Shown here in pieces: positions 19,928 through 29,294 of a DNA stretch of 64,000 bases (positions are counted from its first letter, which is position 1; each line of letters starts with the position of its first letter). This DNA is from Candidatus Melainabacteria bacterium 17Bon1m. GTDB taxonomy: Bacteria > Cyanobacteriota > Vampirovibrionia > Obscuribacterales > Obscuribacteraceae. A program made the position numbers and the translations under genes. The notes under the pieces were generated by a model. That model was not told the origin of the DNA, made no database searches, and saw only the letters and a list, made by a program, of their open reading frames with translations. The stretch covers positions 96,001 to 160,000 of the forward strand of contig JAVLKG010000011.1 in the NCBI GenBank assembly GCA_032128875.1, given 5' to 3'.

Positions 19928-21127
19928 ATGGATTTCGACTTTACACCAGAGCAAATCGCTTATCGCAAGCACATGCGCGAATTCATGGAGCGCGAAGTTG
20001 CACCGGTTGCTCAGATGAACGATCGCGAATGCAAATTCGACATGAATGTCGCCAAGAAAATCTTCAAGGAAGGTTTTCTCGGTTGCCCAGTGCCGGAAAA
20101 GTACGGCGGTCTTGGAATGGACTACATCGCATACGGCTTGATGACTGAAGAAGTTAACCGCGTATGCTCATCGACCAGAACTCTCTTCTCCGTGCAAACT
20201 TCACTGGTTGCTTTGACAATCTTGAAGTGGGGCAACGAAGAGCAGAAAAAAGAATTGCTGCCCAAACTCTGCAACGGCGAATACATTGGTTGCTACGGTT
20301 TGACTGAGCCAGAAGCAGGCTCTGATGCCGGTAACCAACAAACCCGCGCAGTCAAAGATGGCAACGACTACATCTTGACCGGACAAAAGGTTTGGATCTC
20401 TTGCGGAACTATCGCATCACATGCGCTCATTTTTGCAACTGTTGATCCAAAGCTCGGTCACAAAGGCATCAGCTGCTTCATCGTTGACACCAAGTCGAAA
20501 GGCTTCTCGGCTGCAGCGATCAAAGGCAAACTCGGCCTGCGTTCTTCCGATACTGCTACCCTCTACCTCGATCAAGTTCGCGTACCGAAAGAAAACATGC
20601 TCGGTGCTGAAGGCGACGGCTTCAAAGTTGCAATGTCAGCACTCGATAACGGTCGCTTCTCGGTAGCCGCTGGTGCTGTCGGTCTTGTCCAAGGCTGCAT
20701 AGACGAGTCTACCAAGTACGCAATGCAAAGAAAGACTTTCGGCAAACCGATTGGCGAACACCAACAAGTTCAAGCCATGATTGCTGACATGGTTGCTGAT
20801 TGCGAAGCAGGCCGCTTGCTCTATTTGAGAGCTGCTCACCTGAAGAACAAGAACGTCCGCAACACGCTCGAAACCTCCCTCGCCAAGCTCTTCTGCGGCG
20901 AAGCAGCTAACAAAGCAGCTCACAACGCAGTACAGATCTTTGGTGGCTACGGCTTCTCCGATGAGTATCCGGTTGAGCGTTTCTTCCGTGACGCCAAAGT
21001 GCTCAACATCTACGAAGGCACCCGCGAAATCCAGCGCTTGATCATTGCTCAAGACGCACTCGGCATTCGCAACGCCAACGGAGCTCCAACCGGTCGCATG
21101 ACCGAATTGGCCGGCGTAGGCGTGTAA
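19928..21127 (+). CDS. Acyl-CoA dehydrogenase, glutaryl-CoA dehydrogenase-like
   Basis: GCYGLTEPEAGSD, QIFGGYGF, IYEGT; RVCSSTRTLFSVQTSLV resembles the GCDH RVDSGYRSAMSVQSSLV segment. Confidence 0.85.
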   Translation: MDFDFTPEQIAYRKHMREFMEREVAPVAQMNDRECKFDMNVAKKIFKEGFLGCPVPEKYGGLGMDYIAYGLMTEEVNRVCSSTRTLFSVQTSLVALTILKWGNEEQKKELLPKLCNGEYIGCYGLTEPEAGSDAGNQQTRAVKDGNDYILTGQKVWISCGTIASHALIFATVDPKLGHKGISCFIVDTKSKGFSAAAIKGKLGLRSSDTATLYLDQVRVPKENMLGAEGDGFKVAMSALDNGRFSVAAGAVGLVQGCIDESTKYAMQRKTFGKPIGEHQQVQAMIADMVADCEAGRLLYLRAAHLKNKNVRNTLETSLAKLFCGEAANKAAHNAVQIFGGYGFSDEYPVERFFRDAKVLNIYEGTREIQRLIIAQDALGIRNANGAPTGRMTELAGVGV

Positions 21128-21174
21128 GAAAACCTATTGGCGTTGCGTTGCATCGTCAGTAAGCCAAAGAATTG

Positions 21175-21204
21175 GAGGGGTATGCAATAGCATGCCCCTC
21201 TTTT
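21175..21204 (+). terminator. Rho-independent terminator of the catabolic operon
   Basis: GAGGGGTATGC-AATA-GCATGCCCCTC-TTTT. Confidence 0.8.
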
Positions 21205-21436
21205 GCTAAACCCAGATCTAAAGCGTTGTTTTGGCTCTTTTGACTATCTAAAATATAAGAAACTGTTAAGCCCCGAGAAGGGCAAGACATCGTGTAGAAG
21301 TTCACGGGCTCAGTTTACAAAGCCCCGTTCTTAACCGGTCCTTAAACGGAGCGGGATTAGGATGGAACCATTGCACTGTATGGAAGCCATACGGTCGAGT
21401 GTCAAAAGTAATAGCAAGCCAATAAAACGGTAGGTT

Positions 21437-21547
21437 ATGGGATATCTTGAAGGTTTAGTCGTTTGTGTAGTTGCAGCCGTTGCCGCCATGTGGGTCAACG
21501 ATACGCTCCCGGTTGGGGGCGAGTACATCCAAGACGAGACCCTGTAG
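21437..21547 (+). CDS. Putative 36-aa single-TM small protein (not in ORF track)
   Basis: MGYLEGLVVCVVAAVAAMWVNDTLPVGGEYIQDETL, preceded by GGTAGGTT. Confidence 0.45.
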   Translation: MGYLEGLVVCVVAAVAAMWVNDTLPVGGEYIQDETL

Positions 21548-21795
21548 TCAAAAGTCAAAACAATTTTGGGGACTACGTATTTTCCCCACTAGACATGTTC
21601 GGTTTCAGTCGTATGATTGACCCTTGTCAAGGGATGCCCCCACGCACCTGAGACTTTCCACTTGCGCAACCCAAGCTCTACAAGCCCCCAAAAGGGGCAG
21701 GTTCGAGCTGCAAGTTTTCGCTTCACCCTTTCTAAAACCAAACGTCTGAGCCGGCATGCGCCGTCTAATTCGTTTACATAAAAATCGCGACGACT

Positions 21796-21978
21796 ATGGA
21801 GTCGTATGCGGAGGGTGATGTGTTGCTGAATTACTTACTAGCAGAGTTTGAAAAACGCCCGAGTCATTCTGTTGACTCGATGTATTTGACGCACTGCAAG
21901 CGTTCGATACATCAATTGCAGCTATTTTTGAAATGGGCGCAATCGCACGCTGCCAGAGGGATACCGCGATTGTCATAA
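21796..21978 (+). CDS. Putative 60-aa helical hypothetical protein
   Basis: Amphipathic, protein-like sequence; lies directly upstream of the EF-hand cluster; weak RBS. Confidence 0.4.
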   Translation: MESYAEGDVLLNYLLAEFEKRPSHSVDSMYLTHCKRSIHQLQLFLKWAQSHAARGIPRLS

Positions 21979-22060
21979 TTTTGTCACCAGGGCCTGAGTA
22001 GTATCTCGGGACCCCCCGGTACACACCGTTCCTAAACTTACTAGAGGCAATGAAGTTCAT

Positions 22061-25000
22061 ATGCCAGCAGATTCTATTGGCGAAATTACCAATGTTCAAA
22101 ACCCGGTCGTAAAAGATGCGAGTGAAAAAGCCCTCGCTGATGCCGGAAAAAACGGCGCGCTAAACGCACAAGCATACGTTGAGAAGAACTCCCAACAACT
22201 GCGCCAAGCGGGCGTTTTGCCCGAACTGGCAATCGACGGCGCCAGCGAAATCTCCTATGTGCAGAAGAACTTCGACAAGGTCGACCAATCGAGAGACGGT
22301 CATGTCAGCGCTGATGAGATCGACCAATACGTCAGAGAAAACGGCGCCAATCTGAAGCCGGACGAGCTTGAATCACTGAGAAAAGTCAAAGAGAAGATCA
22401 GTAAATTAGAGGACCTCAGCAATGACGAGCTCGGTTTTGAAAACGATGGTGTAACCAAGAAAGATCTTGATGAAGCACAAAAGCGCTTCAAAGCTTTGGA
22501 CTTTGCAGAAAAGAATTTCGACAAGCTAGACGTGGACGCAGATGGCTACATCGGCTCAAGCGATATTGATGGATACATCCGAGCGCAAGGCGCCAAGCTA
22601 GATCCCAAGGAAGCCGAACAACTAGATTACCTTAAGAAGAACATCGATGACCTGGAAGAATACAGCAACGATGAGTTAGGTGATGAAAACGATGGTATCA
22701 CCAGACACGATCTTATCGCTGCGAAGCAGGAAGACGGCACGGATCAAATGAAGGCCGGTCGGCCGGTGTGCAGCACTGAGGCGACCGTTGCAACTGAAGA
22801 TTTGCGACCGGCTCTAGCTTATGCTCAGAAGAATTTCGACAAGCTTGACGGCGATAAAGACGGTTATATTACCGTGGGCGAAATCGATAAGTACATGGAG
22901 GCAAACAAAGCCTCAGTCTCAGCTGAAGACCTAGCTAATTTAAGAGCTTTGAAGGCGAAAGTTGGCGATGTCGAAGAGCTTAGTAATGATGAAGTTGGTG
23001 ATGAGAATGATGGCATTACCAAGAAAGACATTGTTATGTCCAAAGAGCGCATTGATGCTCTGGCTTATGGCAAGGGAAATTTCGACAAGCTGGACGGCAA
23101 TGGCGACGGTCATGTAACAGCTGAAGACATTGATGCCTACATCAAAGCCCGCGGTGACGTTTCACCAGAAGAGAAAAAGAATCTCGAGTATCTAAAAAAG
23201 GAAATTGACGATCTGCAGGGATATCACAATGATGAGTGGGGCTTTGAAAACGATGGCTTCACTAAAGGGGATCTTGCGGACGCACTGAGCGAACTTGGTT
23301 CTGGCTCCGCGCGCGGCGATCTTCAAAAGCCTTGTCCAGCAGGGGAAAACCAGGCTCAACCGGGCGATAAGCCTGCAAATTCTGGTGATAAACCTGCAAA
23401 TGGTGACAAACCTGTTCAACCAAGTGAGAAGCCTGCCGAAACTATCTATGAAGTGAAGAAGGGCGACACGCTCTGGAAGATTTCCAAAGAGCAATTGCGC
23501 GAAGCCAGTGGCGGCAAAGAGCCAACGAACAGCGAGATTGCGAAGAAGGTCGGTGAGCTTGCTAAAAATAACGGCATTACCAATCCGGACAGAATTTATC
23601 CCGGACAAAAGATCAAACTGCCGGGCAAACCGGAAGTGCAGGCTCAAAATCCAGATAACGGAAAGCCGGAAGGCAAGCCTGAAAACAAGCAAGAAGGTAA
23701 GCCGGAAACCCAGCCGGAATCGCAAGCTGCGACGCCTGAAGACAAAGGCGCAGACTCTGGTTTGGATTATGTGCGCAAACGCTTTGCCTTCATAGATCAA
23801 GATGGCGACAATCACGTTACTAAGACCGAAATCGAAAAGTACATCAAAGACAACGAGAAGTCGCTAACTTCCGGAGAAGTAACTGCGCTCAAAAGAGTAG
23901 CCAGTAAAGAAGACGATCTCGAAGAGATGTACAACGATGAGCTCGCAGACGAGAATGACGGCATAACGCGTCAGGACATCAATGTCGCTGAAGAGCGCAT
24001 GAAAGCGATTGAGTTTGGTCAGAAAAATTTCGACAAACTCGACAGTAATGGAGATGGCTACGTAAATGCTGATGAGGTCGAAGGTTATGTCCGCGCCAAC
24101 AGCGACAGACTGAATGCTCAGGATCGAGCCAATCTAGACTATCTCAAAAAGGAAGTCGGCGATCTCGAAGATTACAGCAACGATGAGTTGGGCTTTGAAA
24201 ATGACGGCTTCACTAAAGCTGATTTGAAGGGTGCTCTTGCTGAAGTTGGCTCCAACACAGTCGGCACCGAAGGGCAGATGGAAAAACTTCCCACCCTTCC
24301 AAAAGTTCAACCTGCTTATGACAGCCAAACTGAAAAGGTAAAGACCGAAGACTTCACAAAAGAGAGCCTGCGTCTCTTCGATAAACTTGACAAAGACAGC
24401 GACGGATATCTGAGTGAAAGTGAGCTGGCGACAGCAGTTCAGAGTGAAGAGTATAAGGGGCGAGACGCCCAGGTAGTAGCTGCGCTCTATAAAGCTCAAG
24501 ACGATATAGAAGAACTGAGTAATGATGAGTTAGGCGATGAAAACGACGGAATTACAAAAGCGGACCTGACAAAACTAGAGGAGGTTAGGCAAAACAACCA
24601 GAAGGAACTTGAGCAAACGGCAAGGGCCAGAGCGTTTTTAGACAAGGATGATAATTTCAAAAAAATCGATTCTGACGGCGACACCTTCCTTACTAAGTCC
24701 GAAATTTCTAAAGCACTCGAAAGACAAGACCTCACTCCCGAGGAGCGCGTCAGCCTGGAGTTCTTAAGAGACCACGTCAGCGATATCGAAGAATCTCACA
24801 ACGATGAGACCGGCGACGAGAACGACGGTATCACGAGAAAAGACCTCGATTACTACGGCGACGACACCATGGCCTCTATTTCCAATACGCTTTGGAGAAC
24901 CAATGAAGCTCAAAGATCCGGAACGCGATTGCTCTACGGAGATCTTTTGAACCCGCTGGAAAGTATCAAGCCTGATGCGATTAAGCAAGGCATGATTGGC

Positions 25001-25663
25001 GACTGCTATTTTGAATCAGCTGTTGCTTCCTTGGCTGCAACCGATCCGGAATCCATTAAGAAAATGATCAAGGATAACGGAGATGGAACCTACACCGTCA
25101 CTTTCCCTGGCGCGACGGACGAGCCTATTACCGTTAAAGCTCCGACCGAGGCCGAAATGGGTCTATACAATCAAGGAGGCAAAGACGGCTCATGGGCTTG
25201 CGTTCTTGAAAAAGCCTATGGCGCGTATTGCCAAAATCATTTTTTCAGCCGCTCACCATTCAATATGGGCGGAGGGAATACTGAGGCCGAAGGTAGCGAC
25301 GGCGGCGAGTTTTTCCATGGCAGAGCGATGTCTCTTTTGACCGGCCGCGGTCGCGACAACGATAATCTCACATTCTCATCGGAAGCTGAAATCGCCAAAA
25401 AGTTGGACGCAGCACTTAACCATTCACCAAAGCGTCCTGTCCTGGCCGGTATCAACAACAGCTTTTTCTCCGATGAGACTGGAGACGGTTTTCCTGATGC
25501 TCACGTATACAGTGTGATTGGATTCGATCCCAGCGGACCGGATGGAGGCACTGTCACCATTCGCAACCCGTGGGGAGACGGCGACAACACTACCAGAGGA
25601 ACCATCAAAATCAGCGTCAAGAAATTCAGAGCTAATTTCAGCGAGGCTGTTTATTCGGAATAA
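22061..25663 (+). CDS. EF-hand repeat / LysM / calpain-like (peptidase C2) cysteine protease, 1200 aa, no signal peptide
   Basis: 8 units of FDKLDxDxDGY...NDELGxENDGITKxD; LysM YEVKKGDTLWKI...IYPGQKIKLP; triad QGMIGDCYF, DAHVYSV, IRNPWG; plus LEKAYG. Confidence 0.88.
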   Translation: MPADSIGEITNVQNPVVKDASEKALADAGKNGALNAQAYVEKNSQQLRQAGVLPELAIDGASEISYVQKNFDKVDQSRDGHVSADEIDQYVRENGANLKPDELESLRKVKEKISKLEDLSNDELGFENDGVTKKDLDEAQKRFKALDFAEKNFDKLDVDADGYIGSSDIDGYIRAQGAKLDPKEAEQLDYLKKNIDDLEEYSNDELGDENDGITRHDLIAAKQEDGTDQMKAGRPVCSTEATVATEDLRPALAYAQKNFDKLDGDKDGYITVGEIDKYMEANKASVSAEDLANLRALKAKVGDVEELSNDEVGDENDGITKKDIVMSKERIDALAYGKGNFDKLDGNGDGHVTAEDIDAYIKARGDVSPEEKKNLEYLKKEIDDLQGYHNDEWGFENDGFTKGDLADALSELGSGSARGDLQKPCPAGENQAQPGDKPANSGDKPANGDKPVQPSEKPAETIYEVKKGDTLWKISKEQLREASGGKEPTNSEIAKKVGELAKNNGITNPDRIYPGQKIKLPGKPEVQAQNPDNGKPEGKPENKQEGKPETQPESQAATPEDKGADSGLDYVRKRFAFIDQDGDNHVTKTEIEKYIKDNEKSLTSGEVTALKRVASKEDDLEEMYNDELADENDGITRQDINVAEERMKAIEFGQKNFDKLDSNGDGYVNADEVEGYVRANSDRLNAQDRANLDYLKKEVGDLEDYSNDELGFENDGFTKADLKGALAEVGSNTVGTEGQMEKLPTLPKVQPAYDSQTEKVKTEDFTKESLRLFDKLDKDSDGYLSESELATAVQSEEYKGRDAQVVAALYKAQDDIEELSNDELGDENDGITKADLTKLEEVRQNNQKELEQTARARAFLDKDDNFKKIDSDGDTFLTKSEISKALERQDLTPEERVSLEFLRDHVSDIEESHNDETGDENDGITRKDLDYYGDDTMASISNTLWRTNEAQRSGTRLLYGDLLNPLESIKPDAIKQGMIGDCYFESAVASLAATDPESIKKMIKDNGDGTYTVTFPGATDEPITVKAPTEAEMGLYNQGGKDGSWACVLEKAYGAYCQNHFFSRSPFNMGGGNTEAEGSDGGEFFHGRAMSLLTGRGRDNDNLTFSSEAEIAKKLDAALNHSPKRPVLAGINNSFFSDETGDGFPDAHVYSVIGFDPSGPDGGTVTIRNPWGDGDNTTRGTIKISVKKFRANFSEAVYSE

Positions 25664-25719
25664 AAAAAATTTGTAACCCAGTTTTTAGATGACGCCGATT
25701 ATTCTCAGACTACGGAGCA

Positions 25720-26550
25720 ATGCAACAAATGTCCGACAACGCAGATACAAAAATCGCCAAGCAAGTTGCCAAAACACAAGATGCGCCGCCAGATGTCGAC
25801 GCTTCGGCCGTCTTGAGCGAGCACATGTACAAATTTGTCTACGGACCGAGCCCGCATATGGCAGAAGCCGTAAATCAGTTGAACACTCAGTCCGCCGGCA
25901 TGGCAAGAAATGCGGCGACTCTTTCTACTATTGATAGAGAAAGCAGCAGCGTCAAAGACTGCATGCAAAATAACGCCTTGAGGGGCGCGGAATTGGGACA
26001 GAGAAAGGTTGTAGAACTGGCTAGTCAGCTTGATCTTGGTGCTATCTCTGCAGCTATCGCAGGCAACATTGCTAAAGGGGGAAGTGATTCTCTGGTCAAC
26101 GTTCTTAAATTCGCCGGAGCTACTCCACTGGTTGAGCGGGTCCGTTTGGGCGCAATTCAAATGCGCCAGAGCCAAGAAACAGACGCAGAGAAAACGTTTG
26201 AAGGCGCCTTTAAAGCTGACATCGCAAGAGAATCAAGGGAGCTGCCGGAGGTTGTCCAACTCAAAAGGGCGGCACAAAAGATGTTTGAAGAACTCAAACT
26301 GAGGCGCACATTGCCCGAGGTTTTTGACGACAACCTTACCCTCATCGACACGATGGTGAAGGATGGAGCTCTGACAAAAGAAGAGTTGGCGCTTTCCAAA
26401 AAATCTGCCGTAAAAGATGGAATGACTCAAACCTTAATCGAGTATCTATTGAAGAATTTCGATCAAGTAAAAAACGGCGACAACTCCATTAGCCGGCAGG
26501 ACGTTGTTGCTTATCAGAGAAAGGTTCAACTGAAAGGATTGCCTCACTAG
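25720..26550 (+). CDS. Hypothetical helical protein with C-terminal degenerate EF-hand-like unit
   Basis: IDTMVKDGALTKEEL...YLLKNFDQVKNGDNSISRQDV resembles the repeat unit of its neighbours. Confidence 0.7.
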   Translation: MQQMSDNADTKIAKQVAKTQDAPPDVDASAVLSEHMYKFVYGPSPHMAEAVNQLNTQSAGMARNAATLSTIDRESSSVKDCMQNNALRGAELGQRKVVELASQLDLGAISAAIAGNIAKGGSDSLVNVLKFAGATPLVERVRLGAIQMRQSQETDAEKTFEGAFKADIARESRELPEVVQLKRAAQKMFEELKLRRTLPEVFDDNLTLIDTMVKDGALTKEELALSKKSAVKDGMTQTLIEYLLKNFDQVKNGDNSISRQDVVAYQRKVQLKGLPH

Positions 26551-26829
26551 AGAGCCCTTTCTGGCGACTCCGTTTGTATATGTACAGGTAGTTAGGGTAG
26601 AACTCGAAAACTTTCAAAATTGGGTCGTCTTTGGCTGCCCTCTAAACCCAAGAGCCCCGGTGTGGTTGGCTTTTGGGTTTTCAAGATTTTTTAAAACTTG
26701 CGCCCGTATTCTAAGAGCGTTCCTCCCCCCAAGCACACAACCAGCAAGCAAGCATTGAAGGACCGTTCAGGACTCAATGTGCGCCGAAAGTCGTCCTTCC
26801 CCGCTACTAACAAAATTGAGGCAAACAAA

Positions 26830-28497
26830 ATGGCCCCCATCAAACCTGAAGCATTGGAAGCAAAAACACCCGAAGATAACAAACCGGTACTTTCCGTTCA
26901 AATCGGTGATGGTGACAACAAACAGCTCCTTTCCTTCAATCGTAGCCAAGCCGATCAACTGAAATCTGCCGGCATTCTTCCGGAATTGTCTATTAGCGGC
27001 GGCACCGAACTCGATTATGTTCGCAACAATTTCGACAAGCTGGACAAATCCAAAGATGGACATGTGACAAAGCAAGAGATTGAAGACTACATCAAGACCA
27101 ATAAAGAGCTCTCTAAGCAAGAAGTGGATGCACTTACCAAAACAGCAGCCAATATCAATAAGCTCGAAAACAACAATAGAGATGCAGAGTTTATTACTGT
27201 AGACACAGGCGGTGGAGCGTATGGTCCTGAAGGTGGACTCACGAAGAAAGATGTTGAGGTCTCCAATCAACGTTTGAAAGCTGAAGAATACGCCAACAAG
27301 AATTTCGACAAGTTTGACAAAGACAATGACGGTCATGTAAACGCTGATGAACTCAATGCTTACATGAAGGCGAATGAAGGCAAGTTGAGCAAAGAAGAAC
27401 TTGCCAATCTTCAAACTCTAGTTAAGGACATGGAGCGCCTCCAAAGTTCTGCGAATGACGAATTGTTCATTGAGAATGATGGATTCACTCAAAGAGACTT
27501 GAAGGTTGCTCGCAACGAAGATGGTACTGCAGGTATGAAGATCGCTGATGGCAGCTTCAAGTTCAAGAAGGAAGAAGCGCCCGAATCCAGGACCGGCGAA
27601 GTTCCCGGTCAAAAACCAGAGCCTGGTAAGAAAGCCGGCGATAACTCTTCAACCGGTGACCATGAGTATGTGATCAAGTCCGGCGACTCATTCTGGAAAA
27701 TCGCGAAGGACAATTTGAGAGCACAAAACGGAAAAGATCCGTCCAATGCAGAAGTAGTCAAAGCGATGAATGAATTGGCCAAAGCCAATGGAATGAAGCT
27801 TACTGACACGATTCATCCGGGGCAAAAGTTGAAAGTGCCCGGTCCGGACAAGGGTGAATCTATGCCTGCAAACGGTGAGAAACGCGCACCAGCTCCACGT
27901 CGCGCAGAACCAGTAATGCCTACACGCAAAGGCGAACCAGCACCAACCGAACCTGAAAAAACTGAGCCTCTAGCTCCCAAGCCTGAAGCTAAAGCTCCAG
28001 AATCCGCATCACAAGTGCTTCAACGCCGCTTCAGCGAAATTGATAAAGATGGCAATAATAAAGTAACCAAGAAAGAAATCGATAAGTATTTGAACGATCA
28101 CGCAAAAGATCTTTCCGCCGAAGAAGTAAGAGCACTCGATATTATGGCTAGAAACGAAAACAAGATTCGCACGCTCGTTGACGATGAGAAAGGTCCGGAA
28201 AACAGCGGTATGTCCCGCAAGGATTTGCAGAAGCTCGATCAGGTTCAAAAGATCGGCAATGGCATGCTGGCCACCGGTATGTTCAATGAACTCGACGGCA
28301 ATCACAATAAGTTCCTCAGCAAGGAAGAGATCACCAAGGCACTGACGACAAGAAATCTCACGCAGCAAGAGCGCGTCACCCTGGAGTTTCTCAAAGACAA
28401 TCTGAAGATTCTTCAAACCGGTGTGGACGATGAGCGCGGAGCGGAAAACAACGGTGTATCGCAAGCCGATTTAAGATACTTCGCATCACTCAAGTAA
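26830..28497 (+). CDS. EF-hand repeat / LysM protein, paralogue of the 22061 gene without the protease domain
   Basis: GAGG RBS before ATG 26830; 4 repeat units; LysM YVIKSGDSFWKIA...IHPGQKLKVP; Pro-rich linker. Confidence 0.85.
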   Translation: MAPIKPEALEAKTPEDNKPVLSVQIGDGDNKQLLSFNRSQADQLKSAGILPELSISGGTELDYVRNNFDKLDKSKDGHVTKQEIEDYIKTNKELSKQEVDALTKTAANINKLENNNRDAEFITVDTGGGAYGPEGGLTKKDVEVSNQRLKAEEYANKNFDKFDKDNDGHVNADELNAYMKANEGKLSKEELANLQTLVKDMERLQSSANDELFIENDGFTQRDLKVARNEDGTAGMKIADGSFKFKKEEAPESRTGEVPGQKPEPGKKAGDNSSTGDHEYVIKSGDSFWKIAKDNLRAQNGKDPSNAEVVKAMNELAKANGMKLTDTIHPGQKLKVPGPDKGESMPANGEKRAPAPRRAEPVMPTRKGEPAPTEPEKTEPLAPKPEAKAPESASQVLQRRFSEIDKDGNNKVTKKEIDKYLNDHAKDLSAEEVRALDIMARNENKIRTLVDDEKGPENSGMSRKDLQKLDQVQKIGNGMLATGMFNELDGNHNKFLSKEEITKALTTRNLTQQERVTLEFLKDNLKILQTGVDDERGAENNGVSQADLRYFASLK

Positions 28498-28561
28498 TTA
28501 AGAAAAAAAACAAAGCAGAAAGATTCAGGATCAAAACCAAGACAGACACCGCTTAACCAAA

Positions 28562-28600
28562 AGAAGGAGGAGCTACCAGCGCTTCTCCTTCTATTTTATT
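28562..28600. terminator. Probable bidirectional terminator
   Basis: AGAAGGAGGAGC...GCTTCTCCTTCT flanked by A and T runs, between convergent genes. Confidence 0.6.
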
Positions 28601-28636
28601 TCTCTGTTTGCGACAACAGAAACTTGTTCAACTCTC

Positions 28637-29281
28637 TCAGTCGTCGTTATATCCGACTTCAGTGCTATGAGCGAATCTACGTCTTTCACCCTCAACGGAT
28701 TTAATTGCCTTCAGGCAAGATATCGGGGGACGAAACTCAAAGGCGGAAACGTCTTTATGCAGAGGTTCTGGCAAACACTCATTGATGTAATCAATACCGC
28801 TGAAATCTTTGAAGCCAAGCTTGTGCACTTTCCATCTGCGCAGTCGCATGGGCGCATCTTCTTCCCATGTGGCCCAGAGCCACTTGCGAAAGAGTGCTTT
28901 AAAAATTGGCTCAAACATCTTAAAGATTGGATGCGTGATGATGTTGTACGTCGCAGTAATGCGGCAACGCTCACCAGGGAGATCTTCAAACAGAACTTCC
29001 ATCTCGAGCAAAAAACCGAGCTGATCCTGGTGGAATGTCTTCATTACATTCCCTTCCATGTATTGAAGCGCCATACCTCCGCTCCAAAATGGAAGAAACG
29101 GCATTTTTTTACCGCGATAAACAAGCGCCCAGTCATCTCTCTGCGCGAGCACCCGAGCATGGTCATAGAGCTTATAATGCGTGCCAACAAGATGCTCGTG
29201 GTCATAGTAATTCCACATTACTATTTCTTTTGGGCAATCCATTTCGGCCCGGCACGTGACGCTAAGATTTACTGTTTTCAT
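28637..29281 (-). CDS. Stand-alone Rieske-oxygenase-like catalytic (SRPBCC fold) domain
   Basis: NYYDHEHLVGTH (N-x2-D-x2-H-x4-H) and late WEEDAPM carboxylate motif; start ATG 29281 chosen. Confidence 0.65.
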   Translation of the reverse strand: MKTVNLSVTCRAEMDCPKEIVMWNYYDHEHLVGTHYKLYDHARVLAQRDDWALVYRGKKMPFLPFWSGGMALQYMEGNVMKTFHQDQLGFLLEMEVLFEDLPGERCRITATYNIITHPIFKMFEPIFKALFRKWLWATWEEDAPMRLRRWKVHKLGFKDFSGIDYINECLPEPLHKDVSAFEFRPPISCLKAIKSVEGERRRFAHSTEVGYNDD

Positions 29282-29294
29282 CTTCACTTCATCT

